From a virus (taxonomy: Duplodnaviria; Caudoviricetes): 48,041 nt of DNA. The translations under genes were made by a program, and so were the position numbers. Below the pieces are notes generated by a model. That model was not told where the DNA came from. It searched no databases and saw nothing but the letters and a program-made list of their open reading frames with translations. The stretch covers positions 1 to 48,041 of the IMG/VR virus record IMGVR_UViG_3300045000_000008; one strand, 5' to 3'. Positions 9,832 to 19,937 of this stretch are shown here, one piece after another; positions within the stretch are counted from its first letter, which is position 1, and each line of letters opens with the position of its first letter.

Positions 9832-10299
9832 ATGGCATACTCGACTCTGGCTGAGGTAAGAGCGATTCTTGTGGGGGTGAATAGTTCTCCCGCGACGGAT
9901 TACGACCTCACTCCGAATCAGCTTAGTGATGCGCAGATCGAGGACGACATTGCTAATGCTGATAACCAAATTGATTCGGCGTTGGGGAGTAGGTACACGG
10001 TACCATTCCCTACTCCAACTCCCCCGCTGGTCAATTCTATCTCTAAGGACATTGCTTCCTACCTCGCGGACCTCAGGTTCCGGGGTGGTAAGGAATACGC
10101 CAGTGAGCTTTCCCCATTCTATCTCCGCTACCAGCGCGCTGTAGCCCAGCTTAACGGCCTGATTGAGGGTACTGGTAGTATTCCAGAGATTGATTTGGGG
10201 ACTAGCGATGGCATTGTAGTGAATCCCTACGAAGGTACGCTGATGACCACCCAACATATCTTCACTCGGTGGCCAGAAGGGACGATTCGAGATGACTAG
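9832..10299 (+). CDS. Head-to-tail adaptor (Mu gp36/DUF1320-like)
   Basis: MAYST...IDSALGSRYTVP...DIASY...RYQRA pattern. Confidence 0.8.
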   Translation: MAYSTLAEVRAILVGVNSSPATDYDLTPNQLSDAQIEDDIANADNQIDSALGSRYTVPFPTPTPPLVNSISKDIASYLADLRFRGGKEYASELSPFYLRYQRAVAQLNGLIEGTGSIPEIDLGTSDGIVVNPYEGTLMTTQHIFTRWPEGTIRDD

Positions 10300-10708
10300 T
10301 CCTGGATCGTTCGATGAGCGTATGCAATTCCTGTCCGAGCAAGTTGGGACGGGAAATATTACTGCCGGTTGTACTGTTGACCAACCTTACGCACAGAACC
10401 AGCATGAGAATCCCACATTCAATCACAAGGTTGGTCGAGCAAACTACCTCGGTGGACCCCTTCTGGAGAACGCATCTAGCTACGTGGATGGATTGGCTCG
10501 TGCGGCTATCACACCGGATGGCTCTCGCATCCGTGGAGAGATGGAAGACATTGCTGAGGGCCTGGCAAAAGCCGTTCTTAGCAACGCTCCTAGGGACCCT
10601 GACGTTGGAGATGTGCTTGCCAACAGTGCTAATCCTTGGGTAGAGGACAAGGGAATTCGTATCTTCGAGCGGCCTGCTAAGGCACCTAGGAGTTACGATC
10701 ACCGATGA
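10292..10708 (+). CDS. Neck/tail completion protein
   Basis: YAQNQHE...GRANYL motif; synteny. Confidence 0.65.
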   Translation: MTSPGSFDERMQFLSEQVGTGNITAGCTVDQPYAQNQHENPTFNHKVGRANYLGGPLLENASSYVDGLARAAITPDGSRIRGEMEDIAEGLAKAVLSNAPRDPDVGDVLANSANPWVEDKGIRIFERPAKAPRSYDHR

Positions 10709-11115
10709 CATTCCCAAGGACTGACAGGTTCACAACCACTCTGCTAATCGATTGGCTCAAGCCTCAGATTCAGAGTGGAGCCCGTATCTTTAGTGGGCGT
10801 GAGCCTGATAATGGTAGAGTAATTGTTGTGACCATGCAGCCTGGTTCTGGTCTTCAATTGGAAGGTCTCTTTGACACTCCAGCTTTCCAGATCCGCTGTA
10901 GGGGAGCAGAAAATAACTACACGGATGCTGAAAACATCGCCCTAGATGTGGATAGCATTCTACTGCACGCACCCACTAACTTTATCCTCGGTGAAGTTCA
11001 GGTGGATTGTATCGATCGTGTTGGCGGGGCTCCCCAAGCTCTTCCATTCCCTGACACAAGTAGTCGATATGTCTTCACCTGTAACTACTTCGCCGTAGCT
11101 TCTACCGGTTTATAA
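10705..11115 (+). CDS. Tail terminator-like protein
   Basis: PAFQIRCRG...Y-DAE..A motif; synteny. Confidence 0.7.
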   Translation: MTFPRTDRFTTTLLIDWLKPQIQSGARIFSGREPDNGRVIVVTMQPGSGLQLEGLFDTPAFQIRCRGAENNYTDAENIALDVDSILLHAPTNFILGEVQVDCIDRVGGAPQALPFPDTSSRYVFTCNYFAVASTGL

Positions 11116-11127
11116 GGTGGGTGAATA

Positions 11128-11376
11128 ATGGCTGAACCACGTAAGCAGGGTGAGACTCCGGCTCCGGCTTCTGCTGTAGACGCTGTGGCTAGTGCTCCTG
11201 CACCAAGTAATGCAGCTAAGACTAAGGTCGCTGTAGATTGGCCCACGAATCAGTTCGTGGTTGAGGGTCTGCCTGTCATTACCCGTGAGGGTACCCAGGT
11301 GACCGCTGAGCAGTACAAGCAGGCTGAGGAAGCTGCTAAGCGGTCGGGTGTTCAAATTCATGAGGTGAACGGCTGA
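11128..11376 (+). CDS. Hypothetical protein
   Basis: 82-aa ORF coupled to major tail gene. Confidence 0.7.
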   Translation: MAEPRKQGETPAPASAVDAVASAPAPSNAAKTKVAVDWPTNQFVVEGLPVITREGTQVTAEQYKQAEEAAKRSGVQIHEVNG

Positions 11377-11975
11377 TGGCTTTTATCCCTAGGTATACGC
11401 GCAAGAACATTGTTCGTGGTATGGCCGCTCTTTGGATCGGCCCATACAGTGACACGGCTCCTCTCGCGCTTCCAGCAAACACGGCTGCACTCGGCTATGA
11501 CTGGTCGACTGGTGCTTCGGGTTGGACTTCGCTGGGTGCGTCTGAGTCCGGTGCGACAATGCGTATGACCCGTGAGACTACGGACATCACGGTTGAAGAG
11601 CAGAGTAACCCGGTTGACGTTGCCGTTAACACCATGGACCCTCGCATTGAGATTACCCTCGCTGAGGACACTCTCAACACGATGCGGGTTGCCTATGGTG
11701 GTGGCGCTATCACGACCGTTGCTGCTGCCTCTGGCACGCCAGGCTATCAGGAACTCGCTATCTCGCAAGACCTTGAGCACTTCACTCTGGGTCTTGAGGC
11801 GGAGAACTCCTTCAAGATGGCCCGTCGTGTTCTGTTTGCTGACGTTCTGTCGGTTGCTGAGGTTGAGACTTCTTACCGTCGGGCGGAAGGCACTCGCCTT
11901 TACGCTTGCTCCTTCCGTCTTATCTCTCCGATTGATGACCTGGTTATCCGCGAGTTCAATGCAGCGGCTCTCTAA
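11376..11975 (+). CDS. Major tail protein
   Basis: WTSLGASESG, ITLAEDT motifs; synteny. Confidence 0.8.
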   Translation: MAFIPRYTRKNIVRGMAALWIGPYSDTAPLALPANTAALGYDWSTGASGWTSLGASESGATMRMTRETTDITVEEQSNPVDVAVNTMDPRIEITLAEDTLNTMRVAYGGGAITTVAAASGTPGYQELAISQDLEHFTLGLEAENSFKMARRVLFADVLSVAEVETSYRRAEGTRLYACSFRLISPIDDLVIREFNAAAL

Positions 11976-11988
11976 GGGGTGACTGGAT

Positions 11989-12336
11989 ATGCCTAGAACT
12001 TCGGTTCCAGTCACCACCATGAGTGGTGCGGCGGCGGGTGTTGTTTGGCCCGCTACTGACGGTACTGCTGTTGATGTGACTAACGGCAATTACTGCGCCA
12101 ATGCGCCAACGCTCTGCGTACTGGCTAAGAATACTGGTGGATCTCCTTACACTCTTACCTTCGTTACTCAGAGCAAGGCTGGATCATTTGCGGTTGAGGA
12201 CGACGTAAAGACCTTGGCTGCTGGCGCCCAAAAGGCGTTCGGTCCATTCCCCGCCAACGTCTTTGGTACTACGCTTGAGTTCAATGGAGAGAATGTCGCT
12301 GTAAAGGTCATTCCCTTCCAGACTACTAAGGTGTAG
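11989..12336 (+). CDS. Hypothetical structural protein
   Basis: 115-aa beta-rich ORF in tail module. Confidence 0.7.
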   Translation: MPRTSVPVTTMSGAAAGVVWPATDGTAVDVTNGNYCANAPTLCVLAKNTGGSPYTLTFVTQSKAGSFAVEDDVKTLAAGAQKAFGPFPANVFGTTLEFNGENVAVKVIPFQTTKV

Positions 12337-12376
12337 TAAGACCACACATCACCCTGCCCTCTGAGGAAGGAAAGTA

Positions 12377-12802
12377 ATGCCAAAGTTTGACGCTGACTCC
12401 ATTGGCGGTGACCTGGAGTATGACTTCACCAAGTGGGGTGGTCCTAAGGGTGTCGTCCCCGAGCCACCTCGCGCCGCTGTCAATGGAATGATGAAGAAGA
12501 TTTCCGGTGTGTTTAAGGAAGTCGGTCTTCGTGATGAGGATGACGACGACGATTCTCTTACTCCTGAACAAGTCGCTTCCACAATGGACAAGGTTGAGGA
12601 TGAGGAGATGTTCGAGAAGCTGAATGACCAACTTCTCGATGCACTTTCCGATGTCTGTGGTGGCTCCCCGACTCGGGAACAGCTTGAAGCACTGCCATAC
12701 CGGCCGTTCATGGGGTTCTTCGGATACCTGATTGGTAACCTGACAAACCCGGAAGGTTCGACGCCCGGTACGAAGAACTCACGACGGCTGAGAAGCGTGT
12801 AG
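12377..12802 (+). CDS. Tail assembly chaperone (G)
   Basis: Acidic protein before tape measure; GGAAGG RBS. Confidence 0.75.
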   Translation: MPKFDADSIGGDLEYDFTKWGGPKGVVPEPPRAAVNGMMKKISGVFKEVGLRDEDDDDDSLTPEQVASTMDKVEDEEMFEKLNDQLLDALSDVCGGSPTREQLEALPYRPFMGFFGYLIGNLTNPEGSTPGTKNSRRLRSV

Positions 12803-12996
12803 AGTGGTTCCGGGCGAGGCATTTCCTGCATTTCTCTATTCCACAATGGGAAGCACTTCCCTGGTGGGAACAGAAGGTGTACGCAGAGGAAATGAATATC
12901 TTCCTAGCAGAGCAACGGGGAATTCCGCGCGAGGAAATCGAGCGGCCAGTCGACGGAGATATCCTAGACTTGATCCCCGTTAAGAACCGTAAATGA
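12739..12996 (+). CDS. Tail assembly chaperone frameshift extension (GT), -1 frame
   Basis: Open -1 frame encoding ...WFRARHFLHFSIPQWEALPWWEQKVYAEE..., ending before TMP. Confidence 0.65.
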   Translation, partial: PDKPGRFDARYEELTTAEKRVEWFRARHFLHFSIPQWEALPWWEQKVYAEEMNIFLAEQRGIPREEIERPVDGDILDLIPVKNRK

Positions 12997-13014
12997 TGGG
13001 GAGTAAGGGTAGCT

Positions 13015-16000
13015 ATGGCTTTTAATGCTGGTTCGATCGAGGCTACCCTTACTCTCAATCGCAATCCCTTCACAGAAGGTCTAAAGGCGGCACGCGCACA
13101 GGCTAAGAACTGGTCGCGCGATAAGATTGAAGCCACCATCACGCCAGTCCTTTCTCAGAGTGGTCTTACCCGTATCCAACAACAACTGAGTCGTGTTGTT
13201 GGTAAGGCCATGATTAACCCCCGCCTTGACCAAGAGCGGATGAAGGCTGTAAAGGCCCAAATCGAACGCCAGGTCGGCAACATCAATGTTCGTCCACGTC
13301 TTGAGGCCGGTGCGGCTGCGGCACTCCGTGAGCGAATCAATAAGCTTAGTGGCAGTATGAAGGTCAAGACTCAGCTTGATCCTGAGAGCTTCGTCAAGCT
13401 GCTCATGCGCATCCGTACTACACGGGTAACAATGCCTGTTAGCCTCTCCCTGAATAGGGAATCTCTGGCTGAACTTCGGGCTCGTGTTAAGGCGCTCTCA
13501 TTCACCAGTGACATGAGCCTGAACATCGACACGGCACAGTCGCTGGCTGTCCTGGCTCGTCAACTGGCGGACATCGATCGACAATCGCAAAAGGCTAGTC
13601 GGTCAGTAGAAGACTTCGGGCACCATGCACATGGTGCCTTTTCTCGTGCCAATGGAGCTATGCGGATTTTCATTGGCGGAATGCCTCTGATCCTGCCTGT
13701 TCTTGGTGCCGCGATTGTCGGCGCTATTGGCCTCATCGGATCTCTTGTATCCATCCTCACAGTGGCCGCTGCTGGTGCGGCTGCCTTTGGGCTTGTGGCT
13801 GTTCCGGTCTTTACGAAGATCAAGGACGCGGCCAAGCTCACCCGTGAAGAGATTGCCAAGCTGCCACCTGGTATCCGGGAAGGCGCTAACGCTCTCAAGT
13901 CTCTCACGGAGGAATACCAAAAGCTTGTACAGAGGACCGAACGTAATGTCGGTCTGGCTTTGGCAGCTGGATTCAACGCTGCCACTGCGGCAATCAAGAC
14001 ACTTGATCCCGTAATCATTGCCATGTCGACTGCGCTACAGCGCGTCGGCGAGGACATGACTCGGTACTTCTCTAGTGATCACTGGTTGTCTTTCGTTAGA
14101 TTCCTGTCTAACGAGATGCTCCCAGTGTGGATGAGCCTGTGGGATATCGTTAAGTATCTCGCCAGGTCGGTCATGGATCTAACTGTCGCATTCATGCCGA
14201 TGGGTCAGTGGCTCTTGAAGGCCATTGCATCTGGGATGAAGGACTTCTCCCAATGGGCTAGCACCCTGGCTAAGGACCCCAAGTTCCACCAGTGGGTCGA
14301 GATGGCCAAGGAAGCGCTTAGTGCTTTCTGGTACACGCTCGTAGAGGTAATCAAGTTCCTCTTCAACCTTGCGACTGCGCTCGCGCCTATCGGCATTGCT
14401 GTCTTCAAGTTCCTCGGCTTGATCTTTGAGGGACTGAACAAGCTCCCTCCCGAGTGGCTTGCCGCAATCGCCATGGGTATCTCCGCTATCTTTGCGGCGA
14501 TGATGCTGGGCGCAACTCCTCAGGTGGCTCTTGCCATTGCTGGAGTAGTGGCTCTGGCTACCGCATTCACTAGTCTGCATGACAGCTCTAAGCCATTGCG
14601 GGATATGATCGACCGCATCTGGACTGACATGCAGACGCGGTTCATTCCTGTTTTCCAGGCGCTGTGGCAAGAGATTCAAAACAAGGTCATGCCCGCGGTA
14701 CGGGATCTCAAGGACTTCTTTGAGCAGGAATTCGTGCCCGCATTCGAGAAGTTCTACTTCGCTGTAGCCCCCATCTTTGAATGGCTGATGCGAGTCATCG
14801 GCACTGAGCTTGTCGACACTTTCCGAGCGGCTATCCTAGTTATTTCTGGTCTTCTTCAAACCCTTACTGGTGTTCTCCAAGTTGTGTCCGGTGTCCTTAC
14901 TGGGGACTGGTCACTGATGTGGGAAGGCCTTAAGAACATCGGCGAGGGAATCCTCAACTCCATCGTTGGCATCTTCGGCTTCAAGATGTCTGAGATCGTT
15001 CACTACTTCCAGAATGACTTCGGTCCTCAGTTCAAGACTCAGTGGGAAGGAACCTGGAATACCCTCAGCACATGGTGGAATGATTATTTCATTGTCCCCA
15101 TGAAGACTAACTGGCAAATCTTCCTTGACGGACTCAATACAGTATTGGGTGTCGAGAAGGGAACGGTTGAAACCAAGTGGGCTGAGTTCTGGGATGCTGT
15201 TTCCAGGAAGGCTATTGAAGTTTGGGATGGCCTGAAGACCACTTGGGATGAGTTCTGGAATGGTCCAGGGAGTATCGGTTCTGTTCTTTCTGGTGGGACA
15301 CCAGGAATCGTTACTGAATGGAATGCTTTCTGGGATGGTGTCAACACTAAGTTTAACGAAATCGTTGACGGTATTGGTACAGCTTGGCATGAGTTCTGGA
15401 CTGGCCTTCTTACTGGTTTAGGTATTGACGCTGGACCTGTTCTAGAGGGTTGGAACAAGTGGTGGGATGATCTCGGAACAGGCGCCAATGATGAACTGGA
15501 CAAGATCGGTACAGCTTGGAATGAATTCTGGGGAGCAATTGGGACATGGTTCGCTACTGAGTCTGCCAAGCTTGGTGCCCAATGGACCGCCTTCTGGGAT
15601 GGAGTAGGTACAAAGGCCAAGCAGATTTGGGATGACCTCTCTGTCTGGTGGAACGATTTCTGGCGCTCGAATATCAGCCCTACTCTTCAAGCTGAGATTG
15701 ACGCCTTTGTCACTAAGTGGAATGAGTTCTGGGACGGGATCTTCACCAAGGCAACGCAAATCTGGAATGACCTCAAGACCTGGTGGAATGAGTTCTGGGG
15801 TTCTCAGCAAGCCACTCAGGATGCGGGCCAAGCACAGTCCGAGCAGAGCTGGGGTGATTTCTGGGGCAACCTCGGCTTCACCATTGGTAACTGGATTCGT
15901 GAGCAGATCAACGCTTGGGTTGGCTTCTGGGGCGGTATCCGCACCGAGCAAGACGGTAAGCAGACTGAGGTTAAGGGTAGCTGGAACGAGTTCTGGGGGA

Positions 16001-17424
16001 GCGTAGAGGCTACAGCTAAGGACATCTGGGGCCGTATTACAGGTGGCTGGAATGGCTTCCTGTCGGGCCTGGAGACGGCTACTCGGGATGCCGTGGCCAA
16101 GATCGGCGCAGCCTTCCGCACTGTCGGCAACATGTTCCGCGATCCAATCAACTGGGTGATTCGGGTAGTCATCAACGACGGTATTCTTGCAGCTTGGAAT
16201 ACTGTTATGGGTTGGGTTGGTGCTCCCGGTATCGCTGGGCGAGTTGGAGAACTTCCTTCCTTCGCTCAAGGTGGCAAGGTTCGTGGCCCTGGTAGCGGTA
16301 CCTCTGATTCGATTCTGGCGATGGTGTCCAACGATGAGTACATCGTCCCGGCTGCTGTTGCTCGTCGACACTTCCATTTCCTTGAAGCTCTGCGCTCTGG
16401 TCAGACTGAGGCTGTACTCGCGGCTGGCGGACGGAACGACCCGAATCCTTATCCTTCCTTCGCTGGTGGTGGACAAGTTGATAGCGGCCTGAACTTCGCT
16501 AGGTCGCAGGTTGGCAAGCCATATTCCTGGGGTGGCGTTGGCCCGATGGGCTATGACTGCTCTGGTCTTATCTCAGCTATCACCAACGTCATGCTGGGCA
16601 AGTATCCTCACTCCCGACTCGGTTCTACTGGTAGCGCACCATGGCCTGGCTGGAATCCTGGTCTTACATCTCAGTTCGGTGTCGGCTACTCCAAGGGTAA
16701 TCCTGGCCACATGGCAGGCACGCTTGGCGGCGTGAATGTGGAGTCTTCTGGCGGTATCGGTGTCCGAGTGGGTAACGGACGTGGTGCTACCAACGGCATG
16801 TTCTCTGGTCATATGTCTCTGCCTCAGGTGGGGGGTCAGTTCGTTGGTGGCGCAGACTCCGCTCCTGTCTCTTGGTGGTCCATCATTGGGGCTCAGGTTG
16901 AGGCTCTCTTCAAGGCTTTGATCCCAGGCTCTATTCCTGGTGCGAATGGCCCTGTCGGCGCTGGAATTCTGGCTATGCCTGCCAAGATGATTGAGAACGT
17001 CATTGACGGTGCGCGTGCCAAGCTTGAGAAGATGATGACCAGTGCCATTAGCACCATCGGAAACATTGTTGATGTCGTAGGCAACGTGGCTTCTAACCCT
17101 GTGGGTGCTGCTCTTAACTCCTTTGATAATGGTGGCATCCTGACGCCGGGTATGACAGGAGCTTTCAACGGCACCGGAAAGCCTGAGGCTGTCCTTACGG
17201 ACGAGCAATGGAAGGCTATCTCTAAGCAGAACTCCGTGTCTCCCATTGCCTTTGATTCTTCCAGCGCGTCCAACACTGATATCGGCAAGCTGGCAGGAAC
17301 TATGGAAGAAGTTAGAGACCTCCTGGAACGACGTGGTGCTGGTGCAACTGTAAATATCAATGGCGCAACTGGAAACCCAACGGAGAATGCGCGATCGGCA
17401 GTTCTTGCTCTGCGCCTCCGCTGA
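13015..17424 (+). CDS. Tape measure protein with C-terminal NlpC/P60 peptidoglycan hydrolase domain
   Basis: 1469 aa; TM segments; Trp-periodic repeats ~15040-16210; GKPYSWGG..GYDCSG and His motif ~16480-16830. Confidence 0.95.
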   Translation: MAFNAGSIEATLTLNRNPFTEGLKAARAQAKNWSRDKIEATITPVLSQSGLTRIQQQLSRVVGKAMINPRLDQERMKAVKAQIERQVGNINVRPRLEAGAAAALRERINKLSGSMKVKTQLDPESFVKLLMRIRTTRVTMPVSLSLNRESLAELRARVKALSFTSDMSLNIDTAQSLAVLARQLADIDRQSQKASRSVEDFGHHAHGAFSRANGAMRIFIGGMPLILPVLGAAIVGAIGLIGSLVSILTVAAAGAAAFGLVAVPVFTKIKDAAKLTREEIAKLPPGIREGANALKSLTEEYQKLVQRTERNVGLALAAGFNAATAAIKTLDPVIIAMSTALQRVGEDMTRYFSSDHWLSFVRFLSNEMLPVWMSLWDIVKYLARSVMDLTVAFMPMGQWLLKAIASGMKDFSQWASTLAKDPKFHQWVEMAKEALSAFWYTLVEVIKFLFNLATALAPIGIAVFKFLGLIFEGLNKLPPEWLAAIAMGISAIFAAMMLGATPQVALAIAGVVALATAFTSLHDSSKPLRDMIDRIWTDMQTRFIPVFQALWQEIQNKVMPAVRDLKDFFEQEFVPAFEKFYFAVAPIFEWLMRVIGTELVDTFRAAILVISGLLQTLTGVLQVVSGVLTGDWSLMWEGLKNIGEGILNSIVGIFGFKMSEIVHYFQNDFGPQFKTQWEGTWNTLSTWWNDYFIVPMKTNWQIFLDGLNTVLGVEKGTVETKWAEFWDAVSRKAIEVWDGLKTTWDEFWNGPGSIGSVLSGGTPGIVTEWNAFWDGVNTKFNEIVDGIGTAWHEFWTGLLTGLGIDAGPVLEGWNKWWDDLGTGANDELDKIGTAWNEFWGAIGTWFATESAKLGAQWTAFWDGVGTKAKQIWDDLSVWWNDFWRSNISPTLQAEIDAFVTKWNEFWDGIFTKATQIWNDLKTWWNEFWGSQQATQDAGQAQSEQSWGDFWGNLGFTIGNWIREQINAWVGFWGGIRTEQDGKQTEVKGSWNEFWGSVEATAKDIWGRITGGWNGFLSGLETATRDAVAKIGAAFRTVGNMFRDPINWVIRVVINDGILAAWNTVMGWVGAPGIAGRVGELPSFAQGGKVRGPGSGTSDSILAMVSNDEYIVPAAVARRHFHFLEALRSGQTEAVLAAGGRNDPNPYPSFAGGGQVDSGLNFARSQVGKPYSWGGVGPMGYDCSGLISAITNVMLGKYPHSRLGSTGSAPWPGWNPGLTSQFGVGYSKGNPGHMAGTLGGVNVESSGGIGVRVGNGRGATNGMFSGHMSLPQVGGQFVGGADSAPVSWWSIIGAQVEALFKALIPGSIPGANGPVGAGILAMPAKMIENVIDGARAKLEKMMTSAISTIGNIVDVVGNVASNPVGAALNSFDNGGILTPGMTGAFNGTGKPEAVLTDEQWKAISKQNSVSPIAFDSSSASNTDIGKLAGTMEEVRDLLERRGAGATVNINGATGNPTENARSAVLALRLR

Positions 17425-17460
17425 TAGGCTCACGCACACACGACTACAGGAGGGTTGTTT

Positions 17461-17880
17461 ATGGGTGCGACGGATGCCCGCGAACAAAAGATTGCAGATA
17501 GTCAATTCGGAGGTGGTGCTACCACTTGGGCACCTGCTACTTGGTATCTGGGATTGTCCACTACCACTCCGGCAGATGACGGAACTGGATTCACGGAGCC
17601 CGCTGGCGGTTCTTACGCTCGTGTAGCTCTCACTAATAACTCCACCAACTTTCCAGCCGCGAGTAGCCCCGGGGGAATTACTACCAAGTCTAACGGGGCT
17701 AAGTTCACCTTCCCTAACCCAACTGGTAACTGGGGTCAGGTGACACACTACGGCTTCTTCACTGCATCTTCCGGAGGTACTCCCGAATACACTAACCCAC
17801 TGGATACCTCCATTAACCCAAAGACCGGTAACTCCCCCGTCGAGTTCGACGTCGGTCAACTTGTTATGACCTTTGACTAG
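17461..17880 (+). CDS. Minor tail protein
   Basis: GGAGGG RBS; YLGL...GGSYARVA...WGQVTH motif. Confidence 0.75.
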   Translation: MGATDAREQKIADSQFGGGATTWAPATWYLGLSTTTPADDGTGFTEPAGGSYARVALTNNSTNFPAASSPGGITTKSNGAKFTFPNPTGNWGQVTHYGFFTASSGGTPEYTNPLDTSINPKTGNSPVEFDVGQLVMTFD

Positions 17881-17891
17881 GAGGTAGGAAA

Positions 17892-19553
17892 GTGCCTCCA
17901 GTACTCGAACAGAGCGCCTATAACACGGTCGCCAAGTATCAGTCACGTACCTGTAGAGCGACGTTCGATAGGCCAACTAAGCCTGGTTCTCTTCTTATTG
18001 CTGTTTGTGCTGCGGCAGGCACACTGCCTAGCGATTTGACTACACCTTCTGGCTTCACCAAGATTGGTGAGACTGGTCTCCGCGATATGCAGATGACTGT
18101 TTGGTATCGGCAGGCTGCTCCCACAACGCGGTCGATTAGCGTAACTGCACTCGATGATAACAAGTCTCAACAGCTTCGTGTGTTTGAGTACTCTGGTATG
18201 GCTCAAAGCAACGTTCTCGATAAGGTAGTTATCAAGCAGGCTGAAAACCGAGATCCATTCACAGGTTCAACCGGTAACATCGCTCAGGCTGATGAGCTCG
18301 TTCTCGCCTTCGTAGCTAACCAATATGCTTCCACGGCTCAGTACGGTTTCCGTGGCAATCTCTCTCGGCTTTATGAATCAACGTCTCCCCAACGTTGGTG
18401 GCTTGCCTATAACCAAGACTGGGAACGTTCACGGCTGAGCATTCACCAGGCTATTTCCACTAGCGTACAGAGCTTCAATCTCGACGCTGATCTCTCCACC
18501 TCACGTCGGTGGATGACGATCCTTGTTACCTTCCGTGGCGGTTCTTCTGGACCCTCACGCTTCACGTCTACTCTGCAACCCACGTTGGTTACTTCTGGTG
18601 GACGTGGTGACCTCACGGTCTTCGGTCCTCTTTCCAGTGGCATTCTCACTACTCCAACCCCCATGATTAAGACTGGGTCTCAACAAGCCCGTATTGGTCC
18701 ATTCAATTACCAGTATCGTCTTGGCGGCTGGACTGGTCTTCTGATCGGCTCTGGAACTAACTTCCACGTCCAAGGCACAGATGGCCTAGGCGGTTGGCAA
18801 GTTCGATCCTCGGATGAGGACAGGCCACGTGGTGACGGCGCTCTGCGTGGTATTGACCTGAGCGCAGCTCGACAGATTATCTTTAATCTTAATGTGGGTC
18901 GTGGACGTGATGAAGTAGAGCGCAATATGGATAGCCTGTACCGCGCTCTAGTTCCCCAACGTGACACGGACTGGGAACTCATCTGGCGACACCCTACGGG
19001 ACCTCTGCGAATGATGAGAGTTCGTCCAGTCGATCTCACCAGGCAACGTAACAACAAGCAAATCATCTTTGCTAATCAGAGCTTTGCTCTCCGTGCTGCT
19101 GACCCACGTCACTACGCGGCTGTACCCACCAAGGTAAACATTCCTGTCACTCCGGCCGGTGCTGTCGAGCCTCAGCGAACTCGTGTTACGAACATCGGTA
19201 ACTCTCCTGCATTCCCCATTGTCACCATTCAAGGCCCCGCATTTGGTGAGCCAGTCTCCCGTATCCAGCTTGTTAACGAAACAGCCCTTGTAACCCTTGA
19301 GCTTGAACTCACGCTGCAAAAGGGCGGCATCCTTGTTGCTGACATGGATGCACGTATTACTGGTGTCCCTAGGTCAATCATCACGCTTGACGGACAGACC
19401 AAGTATGGCTCTTGGCAGCTTCCACGAGATCCATTCCGGATCGATCCCGACCCAACTGGGTTCGGTGGCTACAACGAAATCTATCTCCGTACCGAGCCTG
19501 CCGGTTACCCCGTGACCTGCACGCTTGAATACCGCGATACATGGGCTGGATAA
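17892..19553 (+). CDS. Distal tail (Dit)-like protein with N-terminal extra domain
   Basis: C-terminal LRAADP, TNIGNSPAFP-VTIQGP, ends in TWAG; ~220-aa N-terminal extension. Confidence 0.7.
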   Translation: MPPVLEQSAYNTVAKYQSRTCRATFDRPTKPGSLLIAVCAAAGTLPSDLTTPSGFTKIGETGLRDMQMTVWYRQAAPTTRSISVTALDDNKSQQLRVFEYSGMAQSNVLDKVVIKQAENRDPFTGSTGNIAQADELVLAFVANQYASTAQYGFRGNLSRLYESTSPQRWWLAYNQDWERSRLSIHQAISTSVQSFNLDADLSTSRRWMTILVTFRGGSSGPSRFTSTLQPTLVTSGGRGDLTVFGPLSSGILTTPTPMIKTGSQQARIGPFNYQYRLGGWTGLLIGSGTNFHVQGTDGLGGWQVRSSDEDRPRGDGALRGIDLSAARQIIFNLNVGRGRDEVERNMDSLYRALVPQRDTDWELIWRHPTGPLRMMRVRPVDLTRQRNNKQIIFANQSFALRAADPRHYAAVPTKVNIPVTPAGAVEPQRTRVTNIGNSPAFPIVTIQGPAFGEPVSRIQLVNETALVTLELELTLQKGGILVADMDARITGVPRSIITLDGQTKYGSWQLPRDPFRIDPDPTGFGGYNEIYLRTEPAGYPVTCTLEYRDTWAG

Positions 19554-19565
19554 GGGAGAAGTACA

Positions 19566-19910
19566 ATGGCTTTTAGCGTCAGTGCTGAGAATGCAGCGGT
19601 CGGTGCCATTGCAACAGCGGCAACTTGGATCTCGCTGCACTCAGCGGATCCGGGTACTACTGGTGCCTCAGAGATTACGGGTGGCGCCTACGCTCGAAAG
19701 CAAACCACTTGGGGTGCTGTCTCGAACTCGGCTGTTACTGGATCGGCTGTGACTTCAGATGTCCCTGCCGGTACGACCATTACTCACTGGGGTCTCTGGA
19801 CTGCGCTTAGCGCAGGTACCTTCCATTACGGTGGCGCACTCCCAGCTCCCGAGACCTTCGGCTCTAACGGTACCTACTCGCTCACGCCTACCCTTTCCGC
19901 GTCTGACTGA
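19566..19910 (+). CDS. Minor tail protein (paralog of 17461-17880)
   Basis: ISLHSADPG...GGAYARKQ...ITHWGLW motif. Confidence 0.75.
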   Translation: MAFSVSAENAAVGAIATAATWISLHSADPGTTGASEITGGAYARKQTTWGAVSNSAVTGSAVTSDVPAGTTITHWGLWTALSAGTFHYGGALPAPETFGSNGTYSLTPTLSASD

Positions 19911-19937
19911 CCCGTCTCGCCGAAAGGAGGTAATTAG

